Assembly (NCBI GenBank): GCA_016283195.1 | Contig: JAEEML010000167.1 | Coordinates: 688 to 64,687 of the forward strand | Reading direction: 5' to 3' | DNA length: 64,000 bases | Source: Deltaproteobacteria bacterium | Lineage (GTDB): Bacteria; JAEEML01 | In this document: positions 18,814 through 28,323 of the stretch, one piece after another | How the letters are laid out: the number at the start of each line of letters is the position of its first letter | How positions within the stretch are numbered: the first letter of the stretch is position 1 | The notes under the pieces: generated by a model | The model's input: only the letters and a program-made list of their open reading frames with translations | Told to the model about the DNA's origin: nothing | Database searches by the model: none | Made by a program: the position numbers and the translations under genes

Positions 18814-19830
18814 TTACCACCTTACAACTGAGGCACCCCAGGTAAGCCCGGCGCCCAATCCGGCAAAAAGCACAACATCACCGGCTTTTATTTTGCCGGC
18901 GCGCACTGTTTCATCAAGAGCCAGAGGAATGGAGGCAGCCGTAGTATTGCCATAGCGGGAAATATTGTGCACCACCTTTTCCGGGGCAATGGCCAGACGC
19001 TGAGCCACAGCTTCATTGATCCGGATATTGGCCTGATGAGGAATAAAAAGAGTGACATCATCAATGGTGAGGCTGGCTTTTTGCAAAGTTTCGTTGATAA
19101 CCACTGGCAGACGGGTTACCGCCTCTTTAAAAACAAGGCGCCCATTCATTTGCGGATAGCGACCGCGGTCGCCTTCTTTAAACATATCCTGCGAAAAACG
19201 TGGGTTATACATGGAACCGGGGTATTTTACGCAAAGAACATCGGCCAAATTGCCATCGGCACCGAGGGTGGTGGTTAAAACGCCGCGCCCGTCTGAATCT
19301 TCGGCGGCGCCTAAAATCACGGCTGCCGCACCATCGCCGAAAAGCGGTGTAACATCGCGGCCTTCTTCACTAAAATCGAGGCCGGAGGATTGTACTTCGG
19401 AGCAGGCCAGAAGCACTTTTTTATATGTGCCGCTTTTGATCATGGCATCGGCAATGGAAAGGCCATACAAAAAGCCGGTGCATTGGGTGCGAATATCCAG
19501 GCAGGGTGTGCCAACCGGGAAACCGGCTTTTACTTGCAAGTAAACGCCATCACCGGGGAAGGCGTGGTCACAACTTAATGTGGCATAGATGATGAGGTCT
19601 ATATCGGCCGGAGTGAGATTAGCGCTTTCCAGAGCTGCCAAGGTTGCTTTGGCGGCTAAATCGCTGGTACTCATGGGATTATTTTCCCAATCGACATAAT
19701 GGCGCTCTTTTATGCCGGTGCGCTGAACTATCCACTCATCCGAAGAGTTAATGAGCGGCGCCAGCTCATCGTTGGTTACCACTTTTTCCGGCACATAATG
19801 GCCGGTTCCTAGGAAGATTGTACTGGTCAT
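18814..19830 (-). CDS. fabH: 3-oxoacyl-ACP synthase III (KAS III)
   Basis: Collinear with FabH (…TSDEWIVQRTGIKERH…CTGF…HQANIRI…). Confidence 0.8.
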   Translation of the reverse strand: MTSTIFLGTGHYVPEKVVTNDELAPLINSSDEWIVQRTGIKERHYVDWENNPMSTSDLAAKATLAALESANLTPADIDLIIYATLSCDHAFPGDGVYLQVKAGFPVGTPCLDIRTQCTGFLYGLSIADAMIKSGTYKKVLLACSEVQSSGLDFSEEGRDVTPLFGDGAAAVILGAAEDSDGRGVLTTTLGADGNLADVLCVKYPGSMYNPRFSQDMFKEGDRGRYPQMNGRLVFKEAVTRLPVVINETLQKASLTIDDVTLFIPHQANIRINEAVAQRLAIAPEKVVHNISRYGNTTAASIPLALDETVRAGKIKAGDVVLFAGLGAGLTWGASVVRW

Positions 19831-19851
19831 AAAAAATCCTGAATGTACTGG

Positions 19852-22656
19852 TTAAATATCTAAATTTAATACGAATTTAGCGTTTTGTTCAATAAACTCG
19901 CGCCGCGGTTCAACCGAATCGCCCATGAGCAAATTGAAGGTGTGGTCGGCCTCAATGGCATCCTCGATGGTCACCTGTAACATGGTGCGGTTTTCCGGAT
20001 CCATGGTGGTTTCTTTGAGTTGCTCGGGGCTCATTTCACCAAGACCTTTATAGCGCGAAATTTTTTGGGCGGCAGTTACTTGCAAAACAGCAAAATCGAG
20101 AGCATCAGAGATGCGGGTAAACTGGGCTGTAGCAAAATTGGCTTTGGCTCCATCGGCCAGTTCCAGGCGCAGTTCATGATCTTTAAATACCTGTAAATTC
20201 TCATTTAAATCCAAAAGATCGGAAAACTCCGGGCTGTGGAAGAAATGGTAGCCCATGTGGCACTCGCGGCGGATGCCGTCTTCTTCCAGATAAACCATGG
20301 CTTCCAGGCAGTTGTGCTCTTCATCTTGAGAAATCTTAAAATCAGCTTGCAAGTTGGGGTAGAAAGTGGCCAGATAATCACTGATAGCCGCTACCATTTC
20401 TTCACTGATATCGCGCAGTTGGTGCTCTTTATCCTGGATATAGAGAATGCCTTCCAAAACGCGCTTATCCAAAAAGTGATCCATCTTTTGCAAGCGGCTG
20501 GAAATGCTGTTGTAGGTGTTAAATAGCTGCAATAACTCATCTTTTTCATATAATTCCTGGCCTGTGGTGCCAAGAACGCGAATGTTGTAAGTGTGGGCAG
20601 CTTTATGCCAGAGCATACGGTCGCGCTCGGCCTCATCCTTAAAATAGATGCAATCCTCCACCTCTTTGGTTTTGCCGTTTGGTAATTTTATCTTTTTGGT
20701 GCCGTAACTCACCTTAAAGAGCGGCGGCTGAGCAATATAAATATGGCCGGCATTGATGAGCTCCGGCATTTGGCGGAAGAAGAAAGTTAAAAGTAAGGTT
20801 CTGATGTGGCTGCCATCGACATCGGCATCGGTCATAATAACTATTTTATTATAGCGTAACTTGCTGATATCAAAGCCGTCCATGCCATCTATTTCGGTGC
20901 CGATCCCGGTGCCTATAGCTTTAATCAGCACCTTGATTTCGGCAGAGGTAAGTACGCGATCAATGCGGGCTTTTTCCACATTGAGAATTTTGCCGCGCAG
21001 CGGTAACACGGCCTGATTATAGGAGTTTCGCCCGTTGATAGCCGAGCCGCCGGCGGAGAGACCCTCAACCAGAAAGAGCTCACATTCTTCGGGGTTTTTA
21101 CTGCGACAATCAGTGAGCTTGCCGGGTAAATCGGCATCATCAAGGTAATTTTTGCGCTGAGCGCGGGCCAGCTCGCGGGCTTTGCGCACTGTCTCACGCA
21201 CTTCGGCCGCTTTTTTGGATTTCTCGATAATCGGTGCGGCCACATCGGGGTGCTCGTGGAAATACTCACCAAGATTTTTAGAAATAACATCAGAGACAAT
21301 CTTTTGAATTTCCGACGAAATCAGCTTATCTTTAGTTTGTGAGCTGAATTTTGGATCCGGCATTTTGACGCTCAAAACGCAAACCAAACCTTCGCGCACG
21401 TCTTCATTTTTGATCTCAATAGTATTGCCGGCGCTCTTTTTGGCATTAAATTTTTTGGTGGCTTTAGCCTTAATATCTTCCTTGGCCTCCTTAATGTAGG
21501 AGGTGAAGACATTGGTGAGAGCCATTCTGAGGCCGGTTAAATGGGTACCGCCGTCTTTATTGCGGATATTATTGGTATAAACCGGCGTATTCTCCATGCC
21601 GGAGCTGTAGCCGTCGTTCCATTGGAGGCAGGCTTCGACAATAACGCCGTCGTCATTTTTCTCATAAATATAAATAGGTTCGGCATTTAAAACGGTGCGG
21701 TTTTCGTTCATGTGTTTGACATATTCGCGAATGCCGCCTTCAAAGCAATAAACCTCGGTTTCGCCGTTGGGATCGCGCTCGTCGGTAAAGGTGATTTTTA
21801 CACCGGCATTGAGATAGGCCAGTTGACGTAAACGGCCCATAAGTATGCGGCTTTTAAATACATTTTCGCCGGCTTTGGCTTCATCTATTTTATCTATGGA
21901 AACCTTTTCCAGCTTTTCCTCGGCTGTTTCGGCTGCCGCATCCTGGTCGGCGCCTGTAGCTGCTTCCGCTGCTCCTTCTGCGTTTTGGGAAGAGGCAGCT
22001 TCTATGGCTGGGGCGTCGTCATCATCTTCGTCCTCGCCGTAATCGGGCACAAATTTAAAATCGCCTTTTTGATCCGGCGGCACAAACACGGTGCGGTCCG
22101 GTTTAAAGGTGACTTTGGTTCCCGTGCGCGTGGTGGTGCCGATCTCGGCAATGGGGGCCAGCGGTTCGCCGCGCGAATATTCCTGGCGATAAACTTTACC
22201 GTTTCTATAAATCTCCAGAATGAGCTGCTCGCTTAAAGCATTGACAACCGAAACGCCAACGCCATGTAAGCCACCGGAAACTTTATAAGAACTGTGGTCG
22301 AATTTACCACCGGCATGGAGCACGGTCATAATGACTTCGGCGGCGCTTCTGTGTTCTTCCGGGTGCATATCAACAGGGATACCGCGCCCGTTATCTTCAA
22401 CGGTGACGGAATCATTATTATGAATAGTTACGTCTATTTGCGTACAGTAACCGGCAATGGCTTCATCTATGGAGTTATCGACAACTTCATAGACCATGTG
22501 GTGCAAGCCGGTGCCGTCATCGGTGTCGCCGATGTACATACCAGGACGTTTTCTAACTGCCTCTAATCCTTTGAGAACTTTAATTTGATCGGCCTTGTAT
22601 TCGCGGGCGCCAATCTCCTGTTTGGATAAGTTTTCTTCGTTTAATGCGTCACTCAT
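19852..22656 (-). CDS. gyrB: DNA gyrase subunit B (with unusual acidic insertion in the ATPase domain)
   Basis: GHKL motifs (EVVDNSIDEA, DNGRGIP), Toprim and C-terminal domains. 934 aa. Confidence 0.95.
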   Translation of the reverse strand: MSDALNEENLSKQEIGAREYKADQIKVLKGLEAVRKRPGMYIGDTDDGTGLHHMVYEVVDNSIDEAIAGYCTQIDVTIHNNDSVTVEDNGRGIPVDMHPEEHRSAAEVIMTVLHAGGKFDHSSYKVSGGLHGVGVSVVNALSEQLILEIYRNGKVYRQEYSRGEPLAPIAEIGTTTRTGTKVTFKPDRTVFVPPDQKGDFKFVPDYGEDEDDDDAPAIEAASSQNAEGAAEAATGADQDAAAETAEEKLEKVSIDKIDEAKAGENVFKSRILMGRLRQLAYLNAGVKITFTDERDPNGETEVYCFEGGIREYVKHMNENRTVLNAEPIYIYEKNDDGVIVEACLQWNDGYSSGMENTPVYTNNIRNKDGGTHLTGLRMALTNVFTSYIKEAKEDIKAKATKKFNAKKSAGNTIEIKNEDVREGLVCVLSVKMPDPKFSSQTKDKLISSEIQKIVSDVISKNLGEYFHEHPDVAAPIIEKSKKAAEVRETVRKARELARAQRKNYLDDADLPGKLTDCRSKNPEECELFLVEGLSAGGSAINGRNSYNQAVLPLRGKILNVEKARIDRVLTSAEIKVLIKAIGTGIGTEIDGMDGFDISKLRYNKIVIMTDADVDGSHIRTLLLTFFFRQMPELINAGHIYIAQPPLFKVSYGTKKIKLPNGKTKEVEDCIYFKDEAERDRMLWHKAAHTYNIRVLGTTGQELYEKDELLQLFNTYNSISSRLQKMDHFLDKRVLEGILYIQDKEHQLRDISEEMVAAISDYLATFYPNLQADFKISQDEEHNCLEAMVYLEEDGIRRECHMGYHFFHSPEFSDLLDLNENLQVFKDHELRLELADGAKANFATAQFTRISDALDFAVLQVTAAQKISRYKGLGEMSPEQLKETTMDPENRTMLQVTIEDAIEADHTFNLLMGDSVEPRREFIEQNAKFVLNLDI

Positions 22657-22760
22657 TATAAATTTTCCCTCGTAAACTTGCCCGTTTTACAAATCGGGCC
22701 GCCCCTTCTTATCACAGAGAAAGAAATAAACCAATAGGCAAAAAATATTTATTAATTCGG

Positions 22761-23870
22761 TTAATTATGGGCTAATGCCAAATAATGGCTTTTTATTTTT
22801 TCCAAATCTTCCTCACTGTTTTTGAGAATTATTACCTTGTGCGGTGCATAATTATGGCCAAAGCGCTCCGGATCGCCGCGCACAAAAAGCCCGATTGTGG
22901 GCGTGCCGCTGGCGATGGCCAGGTGCATTGGGCCGGTATCGCCGGAAATAATTAATTTTGCTTTGGCCATCAAATAGTAGAGCTCATCAACATTGGTGGG
23001 CGGAGCAACAGCCACATATTGACTGCCGTTTGGCAGTGCTGCCAGAGCCAAACTCTTTTCCGCCGGCCCCCAGGTGAGCAATGTCTTTTCTTGCTCCTCC
23101 TCAAAAAATTCAGCCAGTTGGCTAATAAAATCCGTGCTTATAAAGCGGTCTTTGGTGCCGGCGCCCATGTTGATAATCACGCCCGGAGGATTTTTCAGCC
23201 AGGCGGCAATATCCGGTGATACTGCGCTTGAATCTATAGTTGGATAGTAACTAAGCGCCGGTATTTCTTGCGGATTTACACCAATTGGTGCTAAAAGCCA
23301 GGGGTACTCACGCATTTCAGACTTTATTTCCGGCGGAATAATTACCGGCGAGGTGTAATAGCTGTCAAAGGGCTCTTTACTTACGCCGATGGTATATTTG
23401 GCCCCCACAAAACGGGTGAGCAGGGCATGGGTTAAAGATTTACCCCGGGGGTGGGAGCAGTCTATAGCCAGGTCAAAATGCGCTTTTCTGAGGTGCATGA
23501 GCATACGCGGCCAGCCGTAGGGCGACCAAAAAGCCCATTTTCTAAAACCGTAAGCTTTATCAATGAGCGGGTGTTTTTCCAGGCGCGGTACCATTTTAGC
23601 TGCTGCGCAATAGGTTATCTCCGCCTGTGGCAGCCTTTGGCGCAAAAGAGTTAAAAATGGCGAGAGCAAAATAAAATTACCCAGGCGGTCATCAATTTTA
23701 AAAATGAGGACCCGCTTTATTTCCGCTGGCGGAATTTGGGAATATTTTTTCCTGGTGCCAAAAAGGGCGGCCAGAGCGCCACTTAAAAAACGGCGCCCCA
23801 AGCGCTCAAATTTTTTGATAAAAAGACGAAATGCACTGTCACTTTTGCGCCGCATTATTCTTCCTGACAA
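22761..23870 (-). CDS. GT9-family glycosyltransferase (ADP-heptose:LPS heptosyltransferase-like)
   Basis: …KIDDRLGNFILLSPFL… and C-terminal ISGDTGPMHLAIASGTPTIGLF motif. Confidence 0.7.
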   Translation of the reverse strand: MSGRIMRRKSDSAFRLFIKKFERLGRRFLSGALAALFGTRKKYSQIPPAEIKRVLIFKIDDRLGNFILLSPFLTLLRQRLPQAEITYCAAAKMVPRLEKHPLIDKAYGFRKWAFWSPYGWPRMLMHLRKAHFDLAIDCSHPRGKSLTHALLTRFVGAKYTIGVSKEPFDSYYTSPVIIPPEIKSEMREYPWLLAPIGVNPQEIPALSYYPTIDSSAVSPDIAAWLKNPPGVIINMGAGTKDRFISTDFISQLAEFFEEEQEKTLLTWGPAEKSLALAALPNGSQYVAVAPPTNVDELYYLMAKAKLIISGDTGPMHLAIASGTPTIGLFVRGDPERFGHNYAPHKVIILKNSEEDLEKIKSHYLALAHN

Positions 23871-24940
23871 TTTGCCGCATCATCAAAAGCGCCAAGCATC
23901 CCGCAGGCGGCATGAGCTTCTAAGCCGCGCGGTTGGCGCACAATCACGGTGTAACCGGCATCCATGAGTGTTTGCTGAAAAATCTCCACCTGCTTTGGAG
24001 TAGAGGGCCGGTAGATAGTAGCTTCATGCGGATTTAGGCGGATGAGGTTGATTTTTACCGGAATCCCGCGCAATAAATCGGCCACCCGCCTGGCATCCTG
24101 AACTGTGTCGTTTACGCCGTTTAGCAAAACATATTCAATAGTTATTCGGCGACGATTAGGCAAGGGATAGCGGCGCAAAAGAGCAACTAAATCTTTTAGC
24201 GGATAGCGCTTGTTAATGGGCATAACTTGCGAACGTTCTTCGTCAAACGAGGCATTTAGCGAAATGGCCAGCTGAAATGGAGTATTACTAAGGCGCTCGA
24301 TGCCGGGTAAAATGCCGGCCGAGGAAATGGTAATACGGCGGCTGGAAATATCTAATCCTTTTTGTTCATTAAATAAATAAGCAGCGCGGCGCACATTTTC
24401 TTCATTGAGCATCGGCTCGCCCATGCCCATGAAAACAATGTTGGTTACTTTGCCTTCAGCAGCGGTTTTGGGAAAGTTTAAATCGCGCCAAATAGCCCAA
24501 TATTGGCCTATAAATTCAGATACTTCAAGATTTTGCCCGGCACCTAGTGAAGCAGTGTAGCAAAAACGGCAGCCTAAAGGACAGCCGCTTTGAGAGGAGA
24601 TGCACAGGGTGTTGGTTTTTGAACCGGCCACCGCCGGGATATAAACGGCTTCAAAACCGCGCTGGTTCTTTACAAATTGGTATTTTGTTGTGCCGTCAGG
24701 TGCCTGCTCTTTATGAGTAAAAGCGGGGAGGGGACAAGGCAGAATATCAGCCAATAATTTACGCATATCCTTTGGTAAATTAAGCATTTCTTCATAACTT
24801 GCCACGCCTTTTTTATACCACCATTCAAAAAGCTGACCGGCGCGGTAAGCCGGGAAGTCATGGGCAGCTAAAAAATCTTTTAATTCTTCATAACTGTACG
24901 AAAAAGGGTGCCTTTGGGCTTCGATATCGTTTGGGTACAT
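23855..24940 (-). CDS. rlmN: 23S rRNA (A2503-C2)/tRNA m2A methyltransferase, radical SAM
   Basis: CxxxCxxC cluster SGCPLGCRFCYTA and C-terminal …HAACGML. Confidence 0.9.
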   Translation of the reverse strand: MYPNDIEAQRHPFSYSYEELKDFLAAHDFPAYRAGQLFEWWYKKGVASYEEMLNLPKDMRKLLADILPCPLPAFTHKEQAPDGTTKYQFVKNQRGFEAVYIPAVAGSKTNTLCISSQSGCPLGCRFCYTASLGAGQNLEVSEFIGQYWAIWRDLNFPKTAAEGKVTNIVFMGMGEPMLNEENVRRAAYLFNEQKGLDISSRRITISSAGILPGIERLSNTPFQLAISLNASFDEERSQVMPINKRYPLKDLVALLRRYPLPNRRRITIEYVLLNGVNDTVQDARRVADLLRGIPVKINLIRLNPHEATIYRPSTPKQVEIFQQTLMDAGYTVIVRQPRGLEAHAACGMLGAFDDAANCQEE

Positions 24941-25128
24941 AATTTTTTTGTAACCTCATAGCAATTAAAACAAGCAATAAATTGACAAACCTTGCTCTAT
25001 AAGGATAGATAGTAGCAGTTTGTGCGCATTCCGGCCTCCACTGGAATCACCAGGGACAAAGTGCGCCAAAGGCTAGTCGCATAAGCTGTTTTTGTCAATA
25101 AGACGCTGTATGAAGAGGTGTTAGAACA

Positions 25129-26628
25129 ATGAGAGTCGTATGTGAAGAATGCAATGCCCAGTATCAAGTTGCCGATGAAAAAATTGGCGAGCACGGTGCA
25201 AAAATTACCTGCAAAAAATGCGGGCACACCATAATTGTTAAGCCGACTTCCGGTGAAGCCGGTGATGATCTTTCTTTTACCGATGCCACAGAGGCGGATG
25301 CCGGTGAAGCAGCAAGTGAAGCCGCTCCTGCGGGTGAATGGTATGCTTCTCTGCTTAATAATCAGCAGGTTGGCCCCATTACAATTGAAGAACTTGAAGC
25401 CCACTGGGACACCATGGAACTAAATGATGATTCCTTGTGCTGGAAAGCCGGTATGGGTGATTGGATGCCCTTGGCCGAGATTCCGGAACTGGCTTTTCTG
25501 GTTATTCGTAAACCGCATCCCAAGGCCAGTGCCGAAAGTGCTCCGGCGGCCGCCGCACCGGCAGCTGCCGCGCAGTCTGGTGAGTGGGAGAGTGGCTTTT
25601 CAGCTCCCGCCGGCGGTGACAATGTTGATTGGAAACCTTCTGGCGCTTCTGATTTAGCCTCTTTGGTGAAAGAAGAAGTTGAAGCCTCAAAACGCGCCGA
25701 GGAAGAAGCGAAAAAGGCGGCTGAGGCCGCAGCTACACCGGCGGCTCCTGCCGGTCTTGCCGGTCTCTTTGGTGAGGGCGGCGGTGAAGGTGAAGCAGCT
25801 GCAGCTGCCGGTAACAGTGCCGCAGACCCCTTTGCCGCTCCGGCCAATGACCCCTTTGCTCAAAAGCCGCAATCGGCTCAGGCTTATAATAATTACGGCG
25901 GCTATCCACCGCCCAGCTCCGGCGGCAATAAAGGGCTGATGATTGTCATTATTGTTCTCCTGGTGGCTGTTTTGGGCGGCGTTGGCTTTGTTTATTGGAA
26001 TTCTACCCAAAAACCGGCTACTCCGGCTACTCCGCCGCAGACCGTGGCTCAGGCTCCGGCTCAACCTGCTGCCCAGCCGGCTCAGCCAGCTCCGACTCAG
26101 CCGGCGGCTGCTCAGCCCGTTCCGGCTCCGGCTGATACCCAAGCTGCTGCTCCTGTCGCCGACAAACAGCATGATACTGCCAAAGACAAATCAAGCACTA
26201 AGACAACTACCAAGACAACGACCAAAAAAGATCCCAAGCCGGCAACCAGAGAAAAAGAGAATAAGCCGGCTCCTGCTCCGGTTAAAGAGAATAAGCCGGC
26301 TCCTGCTCCTGCCGCTGCTTCCTGTGATAAACAAAGGCCTGAAGGTGCAGATATTCAAAACGTGGTTAAAGCTAAATTGCCTGTGGCTCTTAAGTCTTGT
26401 TTGCCGGCGGCCAAACAGCGCGGCGAAATCAGCTCTGCCTTCACTCTGGATATTGGCTTTACCGTTGAAAAGAGCGGCAAACTGAGCTCTCCGCAAGTTC
26501 GCCCGGCAGATATAGCCTCCACCGGTTTTGCCGAGTGTTTAAAGAATCAAATGCGCACCTGGCGCTTCCCCTCCTTCTGTGAAGGCAGCGCCGTTCCGGT
26601 TAAATCCATCAAAGTACCGATCAAGTAA
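25129..26628 (+). CDS. Zinc-ribbon (MJ0042-type) / GYF-like domain protein with long Pro/Ala-rich low-complexity linker, one TM helix and conserved C-terminal domain
   Basis: N-terminal VCEECNAQYQV…ITCKKCGHT CxxC…CxxC. DSLCWKAGMGDWMPLAEIPEL is DUF4339/GYF-like. The TM is LMIVIIVLLVAVLGGVGFVYW. Direct repeats EKENKPAPAPVKENKPAPAPA. Confidence 0.5.
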   Translation: MRVVCEECNAQYQVADEKIGEHGAKITCKKCGHTIIVKPTSGEAGDDLSFTDATEADAGEAASEAAPAGEWYASLLNNQQVGPITIEELEAHWDTMELNDDSLCWKAGMGDWMPLAEIPELAFLVIRKPHPKASAESAPAAAAPAAAAQSGEWESGFSAPAGGDNVDWKPSGASDLASLVKEEVEASKRAEEEAKKAAEAAATPAAPAGLAGLFGEGGGEGEAAAAAGNSAADPFAAPANDPFAQKPQSAQAYNNYGGYPPPSSGGNKGLMIVIIVLLVAVLGGVGFVYWNSTQKPATPATPPQTVAQAPAQPAAQPAQPAPTQPAAAQPVPAPADTQAAAPVADKQHDTAKDKSSTKTTTKTTTKKDPKPATREKENKPAPAPVKENKPAPAPAAASCDKQRPEGADIQNVVKAKLPVALKSCLPAAKQRGEISSAFTLDIGFTVEKSGKLSSPQVRPADIASTGFAECLKNQMRTWRFPSFCEGSAVPVKSIKVPIK

Positions 26629-26703
26629 TAACTATAGCCTTCTGCCTCTCCCACTTTTCTCAAGATAATTCTTATTTAGCCAGTCTGCCAGGTAATTCGC
26701 TAG

Positions 26704-28323
26704 TTAGCCCAAATAGCCAAATCTTTTTAGTTGCGCCGTGATAGCAGCTTCCTGCTCTTTTGATGCTGCCGCACCGGCTAACTCCTGCCGCTGCGGCGGA
26801 TCCATGGCAATATCCAGTAATTCGCCGATTTTTTTATAAAGATCGCTGGCAGCTATAGGCGCTATGGGGCCTATGGCTATGTCTTTATCATATATCCAGC
26901 AAATGCCGCCGCCGCGGTGGACGCCGGGCATACCAAAACCTTTCCCGGCAGCGCTTTTATTGTAGCTGAAAACCGGTCCGCCAGGGCTGGAAGGAGCGCA
27001 GGAAAGGCGGTAGCCGGCATTATCAATATTATATGGCAGGTAAAAATCGGGGCATGTGGAGGCAGGGGAGCCGGCAAGTTCCTCTTTAGCTATCGGAGGG
27101 CAGAAGGCTGGCTGGCCGGTTAGAGGATTTCGCACATCGGCCAAAAGCGCTTTTAGCCGCTCTTGCAACTTTGGTAGCTCCCGGCGCGTGACGCTGCCCA
27201 CAGGATCGCGCCCGGCCAGGTTTATAAAGAGAGCTGGGGAAGCGTCTATCTCCTGGGCCCAAACTTGGGTGTTTTTAAAATCTATGGGGCTCTTAGTAAA
27301 AGAAGAGGCCACAGCAGAGAGCAATTTGGGATTGAAATCCAGGCCGTAAGCGGCGATTTTTAGCGCCTCGGGAATTTTCCTAAGCACTTTTTCGGCCAGA
27401 TTCAGCGGCGTTATTTTTGCGCCCTTAGCCGGTAGATATTTTAAAAGACCGGCCCTTTCCAGCAGATTATTGAGGTGCAAAACCGTGCCGTTGCTGCCGC
27501 CCATGCCGTGGTCCGAAAGAATAATAATTTTGGTCTCCTGGCCGACAAGTTCTAAAATTTTAGCAACAAAATTATCAAGCATTTTATATACTTGCGCTAG
27601 ATGATCGCCGGCTGGCATTTTGGGCGGATGGAGCGGGGAATTTTGATCGCTAAGGTGCCAAAGGTGGTGGGCAGCTGTATCGGCTGTTTGCAGATGAAAA
27701 GCAAAAAGATCCCAATTTTTTTGCCGCAGAAGATGTGTAATTATGTGCTCTTTTTGCTTTAAATCATTTTTTAGCTTAAAGAGGAGCATTTGCGCCATAG
27801 CCGCACTGTTGCCAATAGGCAAAAACTCATTTACCACATTGTAATTCCATCCGCCTAATTTGTGAATATAATTGGCAAATTCTTTTGATGAAAAAGCATT
27901 TTCTCCGGCACTTTGCGTCCAGGGAGCATCAAAACCGCTAAGCATGGAAAGAGTTGGTGCCTTTTCGGCCGGGTAAGTGCCGGGAAAGCCAAGAGCGGCC
28001 ACATTAAGGCCTCTATTTGCCAGCTGCTGGAAAATAGTTGGTACGCCGCGTTCCAGGGCTGTGCATGGCGTCAGCGTGTAGCTGTTATTTTTGCGCGATA
28101 GCAGGTCTATAAGGCCATGCTCGGCTGGCAAAAGGCCGGTAAAGTAACTGCTCCAGATAGCCGGGGAGACAGCCGGCAAAGTGGGTAAAAAGGTAGTATA
28201 AGCCGCTTTTTGCCTAAAAGCTGCCAGCACCGGGCAAAGGCCACTCGTAAAATATTTTTGCAAGAGGAGCGGATCCAGGCCGTCCAGGCCGATGATGAGC
28301 AGCTTAACTTTGGCTTTGGGCAA
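26704..28323 (-). CDS. Alkaline-phosphatase-superfamily protein (type I phosphodiesterase/nucleotide pyrophosphatase family)
   Basis: N-terminal LLIIGLDGLDP… metal-site motif and ILSDHGMG motif. Confidence 0.65.
   Translation of the reverse strand: MPKAKVKLLIIGLDGLDPLLLQKYFTSGLCPVLAAFRQKAAYTTFLPTLPAVSPAIWSSYFTGLLPAEHGLIDLLSRKNNSYTLTPCTALERGVPTIFQQLANRGLNVAALGFPGTYPAEKAPTLSMLSGFDAPWTQSAGENAFSSKEFANYIHKLGGWNYNVVNEFLPIGNSAAMAQMLLFKLKNDLKQKEHIITHLLRQKNWDLFAFHLQTADTAAHHLWHLSDQNSPLHPPKMPAGDHLAQVYKMLDNFVAKILELVGQETKIIILSDHGMGGSNGTVLHLNNLLERAGLLKYLPAKGAKITPLNLAEKVLRKIPEALKIAAYGLDFNPKLLSAVASSFTKSPIDFKNTQVWAQEIDASPALFINLAGRDPVGSVTRRELPKLQERLKALLADVRNPLTGQPAFCPPIAKEELAGSPASTCPDFYLPYNIDNAGYRLSCAPSSPGGPVFSYNKSAAGKGFGMPGVHRGGGICWIYDKDIAIGPIAPIAASDLYKKIGELLDIAMDPPQRQELAGAAASKEQEAAITAQLKRFGYLG

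Noticed and set aside
19852-22656. Numerous antisense ORFs inside gyrB (for example 20236-20526, 20925-21299, 21845-22236)
   Set aside because: They overlap a strongly conserved housekeeping gene on the opposite strand and show no motifs or RBS. Typical GC-frame artefacts.
25362-26496. Eight overlapping ORFs (60-180 aa) on both strands inside the zinc-ribbon/Pro-Ala-rich gene
   Set aside because: GC-rich low-complexity repeats keep alternative frames open. The translations are Arg/Pro/Leu homopolymer-like. The same-strand host gene has clear domains.
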